5,581 bases of DNA from IMG/VR virus record IMGVR_UViG_3300045988_004930. One strand, given 5' to 3'. The position numbers and the translations under genes were made by a program. Positions 1 to 4,183 of this stretch are shown here, piece by piece; the first letter of the stretch is position 1, and every line of letters starts with the position of its first letter. The notes under the pieces were generated by a model. It saw only the letters and a program-made list of their open reading frames with translations. It made no database searches and was not told where the DNA came from. The stretch is from a virus.

Positions 1-99
1 CAGCACCACAGACGCAACCGTAAACTATACGGATGATGAAACAAAGGGCATGGACGCAACAACGCCTAACCTTGAGTACATCCTTCAGAACGCATACAC
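1..99. repeat. Terminal redundancy, left copy (circular-genome assembly overlap), identical to 5483-5581
   Basis: Base-by-base comparison: cagcaccacagacgcaaccg...cagaacgcatacac at 1-99 equals 5483-5581 (99/99). The reading frame of the capsid ORF is continuous across the implied junction. Confidence 0.95.
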
Positions 100-1171
100 A
101 GGCGGCAGACCGCTGCCGGTAAATAAGTACCACGACTACTTCACGAGCTGCCTGCCGAGTCCGCAGAAAGGCAATACAGTAACGCTACCACTGAACGGAC
201 CTGCAAAAGTAAGGATGTACGACGACAGGAACTTAACCATTCCATTCCAAAGAACGATAGACTTCGAAAACGGCACGGGCTACAACGCGGCAATGTACAA
301 CACGGGCTACGACGGACAAGACTACAAAAACAGCGTCGCAATAGTGACCGGAAAAGATCAAGACGAAGATAGGGCAGCGTCAGCATACCTAGGAGCAGAC
401 CTCAGCAGCACAAGCGCAACAACCATAAACGAACTGCGTCAGGCATTCCAGGTACAAAAGTACTACGAGCAGTTAGCACGCGGAGGCAGCCGTTACCGCG
501 AGATGATTTATTCGCTGTTCCATACCAAAATCAGCGATAAAACGGTACAAATTCCTGAATATCTGGGCGGCACGCGCATTACCATCAACATGAGTCAAGT
601 CATTCAGACCAGCGGAACGACGACAGAGAGTCCGCAGGGCAACGCGGCAGCAATCAGTGTCACACCGTACAACGGCAGCATGTTCACAAAAAGCTTCGAA
701 GAGCACGGCTATGTTATCGGCGTATGCTGCATCCGACATGACCATACCTACCAGCAGGGCTTGGAGCGCATGTGGAGTCGCAAGACTAATCTGGATTTTT
801 ATTATCCCGTCTTCGCAAACCTGGGCGAGCAAGCTATCCTGAAAAAAGAGCTGTACCTCACTGGTACAAGCACCGATGAACAGGCCTTTGGTTATCAGGA
901 AGCATGGGCAGAGTACCGAATGAAGCCAAACCGCATCAGCGGCAAGTTCCGTTCGAATGCAACGGGGACGTTGGACAGCTGGCACTACGGCGACAACTAC
1001 ACGGAGACTCCGAGCCTGAGCCAGGCATGGATGAAGGAGGGAGATTCCGAGATTCAGAGAACTCTGGCCGTAGACAACGAGCCTCAGTTTATCATGGACA
1101 CCGTCATCGACAATACGTCTGTAAGACCTATGCCTATGTACAGCATTCCGGGTCTCGTGGACCATCACTAA
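2..1171 (+). CDS. Major capsid protein VP1 (F-like), C-terminal part. Continues from 4956-5482 across the circular junction, for 565 aa in total.
   Basis: Frame is open from base 2 (STTDATVNYTDDETKGMDATT...), so the ORF-track start at 50 is only an internal Met. The same peptide is encoded at 5483-5581. Stop TAA at 1169-1171. Size and sequence style are typical of Microviridae VP1. 4956 and 50 are in the same frame modulo the 5,482-nt unit. Confidence 0.93.
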   Translation, partial: STTDATVNYTDDETKGMDATTPNLEYILQNAYTGGRPLPVNKYHDYFTSCLPSPQKGNTVTLPLNGPAKVRMYDDRNLTIPFQRTIDFENGTGYNAAMYNTGYDGQDYKNSVAIVTGKDQDEDRAASAYLGADLSSTSATTINELRQAFQVQKYYEQLARGGSRYREMIYSLFHTKISDKTVQIPEYLGGTRITINMSQVIQTSGTTTESPQGNAAAISVTPYNGSMFTKSFEEHGYVIGVCCIRHDHTYQQGLERMWSRKTNLDFYYPVFANLGEQAILKKELYLTGTSTDEQAFGYQEAWAEYRMKPNRISGKFRSNATGTLDSWHYGDNYTETPSLSQAWMKEGDSEIQRTLAVDNEPQFIMDTVIDNTSVRPMPMYSIPGLVDHH

Positions 1172-1235
1172 AGTTTTTCGTTATTGTTATCCTAAAATAG
1201 CAATAATATAACGTAACAACGACAAAAATAAGAAT

Positions 1236-1270
1236 CCTCAGCTGAGAGTGTCAGCTGAGGCCTCAGCTGA
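1236..1270 (+). repeat. Three copies of the palindromic 8-mer TCAGCTGA (1238-1245, 1251-1258, 1263-1270) forming mutually exclusive hairpins
   Basis: cctcagctga-gagtg-tcagctgagg-cctcagctga. 1236-1245 pairs perfectly with 1251-1260 (10 bp, 5-nt loop). Alternatively 1251-1258 pairs with 1263-1270 (8 bp, loop ggcc). Each unit contains CAGCTG. Confidence 0.85.
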
Positions 1271-1283
1271 AGAAAGGGGGAAA

Positions 1284-1313
1284 GCCCGGGGCAATACCCC
1301 GGGCTATTTTATT
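1284..1313 (+). terminator. Candidate intrinsic terminator or mRNA-stabilising hairpin downstream of VP1
   Basis: gcccgggg (1284-1291) / caata loop / ccccgggc (1297-1304) is a perfect 8-bp all-GC stem, followed by the T-rich tail tattttatt. It lies after the capsid stop, as with the leaky hairpin terminators of phiX174-type phages. Confidence 0.55.
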
Positions 1314-2120
1314 ATGGGATTAGCAGCAATCGGCAGCGCGCTACTCGGAATCGGCAAACAACTACTTCCAACGATCGCCGGAGGATTCATAAACAAATTC
1401 ATAGGCGGAAACCTGATGGAGAGCAACGGGGGGAGCAGTCAGCACAACGAAAGCACAAGCCAGGGAGGCGGCCAAAGCAGCAGCGCCAGCGGCGTAAACC
1501 GAGAACAGAACCTACAAGACTGGAACAGCATGCTAAGTGCAATTCAAGGCAATATGCAAAGCCAACAGAAGTTTAACCGTCGAAGCATGTTCGAACAGAT
1601 GGGCTATAACACCATGGCGGCAATCACTCAGGGTGTATATAACCAAATAAGCAACAACGCAGCAATGTCCTACAACAGCGCACAAGCAGCCAAAAACAGA
1701 GCTTGGCAAGAGCAAATGAGCAATACATCTTATCAGCGAGCTGTGGAAGACATGCGAAAAGCCGGCATCAACCCTATCTTAGCGTATCAGCAGGGCGGAG
1801 CAAGCACTCCGGGAGGTGCACAGGCTACCATCAGCGGCGCGAGCATGGGTCTCCCAAGCAGTAGTGCGGCAACAGCAAGCGCTCTCGGAGTAAGCCAAAA
1901 CCACAACAACACATGGAGCAAAAGCGAAAGCAACTGGTACAACGCAGCACAAGCGGTTGGAGACGCTACAAGCTGGTCGCACACAAGCGCAGACAAAGCG
2001 TTAAAGGCGTTCGAAAACGTCCTGGGCCAGCTGGGAAGCCTCACAAACAACAATTCCAAAGACAGATCAACGAAAGACAAAGACGGCTTTGGAGGAAGCC
2101 AAGGAGGAAAATTTAAATAA
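1314..2120 (+). CDS. VP2 minor capsid / DNA pilot protein (268 aa)
   Basis: Hydrophobic N-terminus MGLAAIGSALLGIGKQLLPTIAGGF, a G/S/Q/N-rich low-complexity body, and the conserved gokushovirus VP2-type segment SYQRAVEDMRKAGINPILAY. The ORF-track start at 1248 is GTG and lies inside the hairpin cluster. ATG 1314 is the first ATG and follows the hairpins. Stop TAA at 2118-2120. Confidence 0.82.
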   Translation: MGLAAIGSALLGIGKQLLPTIAGGFINKFIGGNLMESNGGSSQHNESTSQGGGQSSSASGVNREQNLQDWNSMLSAIQGNMQSQQKFNRRSMFEQMGYNTMAAITQGVYNQISNNAAMSYNSAQAAKNRAWQEQMSNTSYQRAVEDMRKAGINPILAYQQGGASTPGGAQATISGASMGLPSSSAATASALGVSQNHNNTWSKSESNWYNAAQAVGDATSWSHTSADKALKAFENVLGQLGSLTNNNSKDRSTKDKDGFGGSQGGKFK

Positions 2121-3139
2121 TGGGGTGTAACAAACCGTTAATCCGGTTTTATGTACCTCACGATAGAGAGGCGAGTGGGCGAGTGTACTCACTCGCTTCT
2201 TTTAACAAGATTCATAAAACCAAAATGAAGTATGAAGACCTGATGTACCGTAAAGATGTAATGATGATACCGTGTGGACAATGCACAGGATGCAAACTAC
2301 GCAAACGCAAAGACTGGGCAACACGAATGGAGCTGGAAGCATACGGCCACAACAAAGAAAGCATCTGGTTCATCACACTGACCTATGATGACAACCATGT
2401 GCCAACACAGGACACGGAAACAGGGGAAATCTTCAAGGGAGGCGTGAATGTATGGAGAGACGCCTCAGAGCGTCCTAGAACGGTGCAAACTTTAAGCGTG
2501 GAGGATGTCCAGTTATTCATGAAAAGGCTTAGAAAGGCCGTCAGCGAACCTCTCAGGTACTTTCTGGCAGGAGAGTACGGGGACAACACCTCAAGACCAC
2601 ACTATCACATGATATTGTACGGATGGAATCCAGACGACTTAAAGCCGATTCATAGGCTGTCAAGGTTTGGACACTACACGAGCGATAAACTGGTCAAAGT
2701 CTGGGGACAAGGAACAGTTGACATAGCTCAAGCAACGCCAGAAACGTATAACTACGTAGCTGGATATGTGACCAAGAAGCTGTACGGAAACGACAGAGAC
2801 AAGTATAAGAAAATGGGACTCATGCCGCCATTCTGCGTAATGAGCCGAAAGCCAGGACTCGGAGACGAATGGTTCCAAAAGAACCAAGAGAGGCTATGGC
2901 AACTTGGATACATCCAGCTGACAAACGGCAAGAGAGCAGCCATTCCAGAATATTACTGGCGAAAGCTGGAAGCTGAAAATCCTGAAAAGGCGTGGAGAAT
3001 CAAGCAGTATCGACAAGAGAAAGCCATTGCGTCCCTAATCGAAAGAAACATGGAAACTGACAAACGGTATGCCGAACAAATGGCCGATAAAGAAGCAATC
3101 ATGAAGAAGAAGATGTCCAAAGCAAAGGGCGTTTTTTAG
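2120..3139 (+). CDS. VP4 replication initiation protein (phiX174 gpA-like HUH rolling-circle endonuclease, 339 aa)
   Basis: Motif I FITLTYDD. HUH motif RPHYHMILYG (HYH codons at 2600-2608). Two-tyrosine motif YNYVAGYVTKK (2747-2779, YxxxY as in phiX174 A protein). N-terminal IPCGQCTGCKLRKRKDW cysteine cluster. SD aaggagga at 2101-2108. The ATG overlaps the VP2 stop (TAATG). Confidence 0.95.
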   Translation: MGCNKPLIRFYVPHDREASGRVYSLASFNKIHKTKMKYEDLMYRKDVMMIPCGQCTGCKLRKRKDWATRMELEAYGHNKESIWFITLTYDDNHVPTQDTETGEIFKGGVNVWRDASERPRTVQTLSVEDVQLFMKRLRKAVSEPLRYFLAGEYGDNTSRPHYHMILYGWNPDDLKPIHRLSRFGHYTSDKLVKVWGQGTVDIAQATPETYNYVAGYVTKKLYGNDRDKYKKMGLMPPFCVMSRKPGLGDEWFQKNQERLWQLGYIQLTNGKRAAIPEYYWRKLEAENPEKAWRIKQYRQEKAIASLIERNMETDKRYAEQMADKEAIMKKKMSKAKGVF

Positions 3140-3148
3140 CTCTGGTGT

Positions 3149-3197
3149 CACTCAGCCAAGTAACTATCAAGTATATATACTTGGCTGAGTGTTTTTT
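3149..3197 (+). terminator. Rho-independent terminator after rep
   Basis: cactcagccaagta (3149-3162) pairs perfectly with tacttggctgagtg (3178-3191). This is a 14-bp stem with a 15-nt loop (actatcaagtatata), followed by TTTTTT (3192-3197), 10 nt after the Rep stop. Confidence 0.8.
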
Positions 3198-3207
3198 AGG
3201 TTTATCA

Positions 3208-3250
3208 GCACGCGCACGCACGCGCACGTAATCGCGCACATGCGCGCGCG
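3208..3250. repeat. Alternating purine-pyrimidine CG/CA tract (Z-DNA-prone) with tandem CACGCGCACG x2 and internal inverted repeats
   Basis: Perfect R-Y alternation at 3208-3230 (23 nt) and 3233-3250 (18 nt). CACGCGCACG occurs at 3209-3218 and 3219-3228. aatcgcgc (3230-3237) is the reverse complement of gcgcgatt (3246-3253). The tract is followed by the AT-only run atttttattatattattattta. Confidence 0.85.
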
Positions 3251-3278
3251 ATTTTTATTATATTATTATTTACTTGTT

Positions 3279-3293
3279 GTAGTCGTAGTAGTA
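3279..3293. repeat. Short trinucleotide repeat (GTA)5 with one variant unit, preceded by a (TTA)-rich tract at 3251-3272
   Basis: gta gtc gta gta gta read directly at 3279-3293. Confidence 0.8.
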
Positions 3294-3298
3294 GGGAG

Positions 3299-3474
3299 TG
3301 TTGAAATGTTGAATACTATAAATTTTTATCCTTGGAACGATATTTTGTGATTAATTTTGATGTTGATAATTTTGTGGAAAACTTGTTAAATTGTTGAAAG
3401 TGTAGCAATATGCACAAAACCATTTGTGCAACTTTTTGTGGAAAACCTGTTGAAAGTGTTGAAAGTGTTGAAAA
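3299..3474 (+). repeat. Iteron-like array: eight same-orientation TGTTGAAA-type 8/9-mers plus a duplicated 18-mer TTTTGTGGAAAAC(T/C)TGTT
   Basis: TGTTGAAA 3299, TGTTGAAT 3307, TGTTGATA 3361, TGTTAAAT 3384, TGTTGAAAG 3392, then a perfect tandem TGTTGAAAG TGTTGAAAG TGTTGAAAA at 3448-3474. The 18-mer occurs at 3370-3387 and 3434-3451 (17/18 identical, 64 bp apart). Confidence 0.9.
3411..3430. promoter_or_regulatory. Perfect palindrome TGCACAAA-acca-TTTGTGCA (candidate operator, recombinase core or DNA hairpin)
   Basis: The 8-bp arms are exact reverse complements around a 4-nt spacer. It sits between the two 18-mer copies. An extra half-site, ATGCACAAAA, recurs at 3597-3606, just upstream of the -35 box at 3612. 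Confidence 0.6.
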
Positions 3475-3483
3475 AGCAATTAA

Positions 3484-3633
3484 GGCCGTCCGGCGAGCGA
3501 AACCGGAAAGTCACGTCATGCTCTTCGTACGGCGCACCGCGCCTAGCGCATGACCTTTTAGATGAACGGAGATGCAAAACAATTCGATTGGGAAAAATGC
3601 ACAAAAGAGGCTTGACGAGCCTCTTTTTTTTTT
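3484..3633 (+). ncRNA. Candidate small structured RNA (or ssDNA complementary-strand origin): GC-rich hairpin block plus intrinsic terminator
   Basis: 3484-3555 is about two-thirds G+C (48/72) inside AT-rich flanks. Hairpin A is tccgg 3489-3493 / ccgga 3503-3507. Hairpin B has an outer stem gtcatgc 3515-3521 / gcatgac 3548-3554 and a nested stem ggcgc 3531-3535 / gcgcc 3539-3543. The terminator hairpin is at 3603-3627, followed by T10. There is no credible ORF and the upstream promoter is only weak (TTGTTA 3383-3388, 17 nt, CAATAT 3406-3411). This call is a hypothesis. Confidence 0.25.
3603..3633 (+). terminator. Strong rho-independent terminator (possibly bidirectional)
   Basis: aaaagaggct (3603-3612) pairs perfectly with agcctctttt (3618-3627) around the 5-nt loop tgacg. 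The T run extends to 10 T (3624-3633). The upstream A-tract gives a U-tract on the opposite strand too. Confidence 0.8.
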
Positions 3634-3640
3634 ATATACT
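3612..3640 (+). promoter_or_regulatory. Near-consensus sigma70-type promoter for the small-gene/VP3/VP1 operon
   Basis: -35 TTGACG (3612-3617, 5/6), exactly 17-nt spacer, -10 TATACT (3635-3640, 5/6). The predicted transcription start is near 3647. The next SD-preceded gene starts at 3827. Confidence 0.55.
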
Positions 3641-3826
3641 AAAGGCAGTTAAACAGCTCAGAAGTACATTTAACGAATTCCATTTTTACAAAAATAACTT
3701 TACGAAAGAGGTGAATTGCTCTGACCATCCAAAAAATCAAAACGCTGTTTAACAACATCCAGAAAATCCTTGCAATGCTGGACAAAATCTACCATGCCGT
3801 AACAAACAACGGACAGGAGACTTAAC

Positions 3827-4057
3827 ATGATGGAGACCAAACCGTGGAATGTAAGAGATCAGACCGACGAGAACCTTATGCAGGAGTTGACGAAAATCTA
3901 CAAAGCGATAGACGCCGCATACAGTATGATTCGAAAGGCCGCAACAATCGAAGACGCAAAGTATTATATTGACCTTGCGTTCCGAAAAAAAGCACTCGCC
4001 AGCAACATTGAGGTGGAAATCCTCAGAAGGGAAATCAACCATGGCAAAGAGGAGTAA
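3827..4057 (+). CDS. Hypothetical small protein, 76 aa, predicted helical. First gene of the post-IGR operon.
   Basis: ATG 3827 is preceded by SD aggag (3815-3819, 7-nt spacer). The ORF is uninterrupted and its 3' end overlaps the next gene by 17 nt. I recognise no family. Confidence 0.6.
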   Translation: MMETKPWNVRDQTDENLMQELTKIYKAIDAAYSMIRKAATIEDAKYYIDLAFRKKALASNIEVEILRREINHGKEE

Positions 4058-4160
4058 AGTACGCAAGTCGAAAGACGCAAAAATCTACAACAAGACCGCA
4101 CGCAAAACCAAGGCTATTAACCTTGGCAGCGGCGCAATGAGAGGAGGCATCCGACTGTGA
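4041..4160 (+). CDS. Small basic DNA-binding / packaging protein (J/VP8-like, 39 aa)
   Basis: MAKRSKVRKSKDAKIYNKTARKTKAINLGSGAMRGGIRL is extremely K/R-rich and has the C-terminal MRGGIRL-type ending that I recall from small DNA-binding proteins of gokushovirus-like genomes. The ORF-track start at 3969 is TTG without an SD, so ATG 4041 is preferred. Confidence 0.68.
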   Translation: MAKRSKVRKSKDAKIYNKTARKTKAINLGSGAMRGGIRL

Positions 4161-4183
4161 GCGCAGTATACGCAGGAGTAACA

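Noticed and set aside
473-1168. A long antisense ORF (231 aa) opposite VP1, together with the other minus-strand ORFs in the track (141-386, 1533-1715, 1779-1982, 1787-2080, 2383-2589, 2660-2887, 2752-2943, 3749-4066, 4248-4616).
   Set aside because: All lie antisense to confidently assigned + strand genes. Their products are low-complexity and rich in R, C and H, and I saw no SD at their starts. Microviridae are known to express genes from one strand only. Open antisense frames are expected from the codon bias of the sense genes.
1248-1313. N-terminal extensions proposed by the ORF track: GTG 1248 for VP2, TTG 3969 for the basic protein, TTG 4206 for the 78-aa protein, and TTG 4453 for VP3.
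   Set aside because: Each extension uses a non-ATG start with no SD and overlaps hairpins or an upstream gene. For the basic protein, the 78-aa protein and VP3, an in-frame ATG with an AGGAG-type (or GAAGGG) SD lies downstream (4041, 4266, 4480). VP2 is re-assigned to the first ATG (1314), which has no adjacent SD.
1913-2116. A highly basic 67-aa ORF overprinted in another frame on the 3' end of VP2. Also the + strand alternative-frame ORFs 657-842 and 904-1200 inside VP1.
   Set aside because: The region is T-poor and A/G/C-rich, so stop codons are rare in every frame and K/R/Q-rich translations arise from composition alone. There is no SD before ATG 1913 (ccacaacaacacATG). Overprinted genes do exist in phiX174, so this is not excluded, but nothing in the sequence supports it.
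3306-3350. A 14-codon micro-ORF (MLNTINFYPWNDIL) preceded by GGGAG with 7-nt spacing, which could be a leader peptide.
   Set aside because: I could find no promoter between the rep terminator and this ORF, because the -35 positions fall in the CG block. The ATG is itself part of an iteron (TGTTGAAATG). The ORF is short enough to arise by chance in AT-rich sequence.
3364-3391. A full 28-bp XerCD dif-like site ending in TGTTAAAT.
   Set aside because: Only the terminal 8 nt of the E. coli XerD arm match. The would-be central region (tggaaa) and XerC arm (tgataattttg) do not resemble GGTGCGCATAA/TGTATA, and the inner arms are not palindromic. I keep it only as a weak lead under the iteron finding.
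3448-3474. Could the tandem repeats be a CRISPR array or mini-array?
   Set aside because: The units are only 9 bp and directly abutting, with no spacers. No repeat-spacer periodicity exists anywhere in the window.
3481-3600. A tRNA, tRNA-fragment attP or self-cleaving ribozyme in the GC-rich block. TTCGATT at 3583-3589 resembles a T-loop, and CGAAAC plus GTC resemble hammerhead core pieces.
   Set aside because: The sequences flanking TTCGATT cannot form a T-stem, and no acceptor or anticodon arms can be drawn. There is no CUGANGA box on either strand, so the hammerhead core is incomplete. Only a covariance-model scan could revive this idea.
3426-3752. The 108-aa + strand ORF and the 72-aa minus-strand ORF (3386-3604) inside the long noncoding region.
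   Set aside because: Both start at non-ATG codons (GTG, TTG) without an SD. Both read straight through the 9-mer tandem repeat (giving LKVLKVLKK or FNTFNTFN) and the GC hairpins, and the + ORF also reads through the T10 terminator. Their products look like translated repeats rather than proteins.
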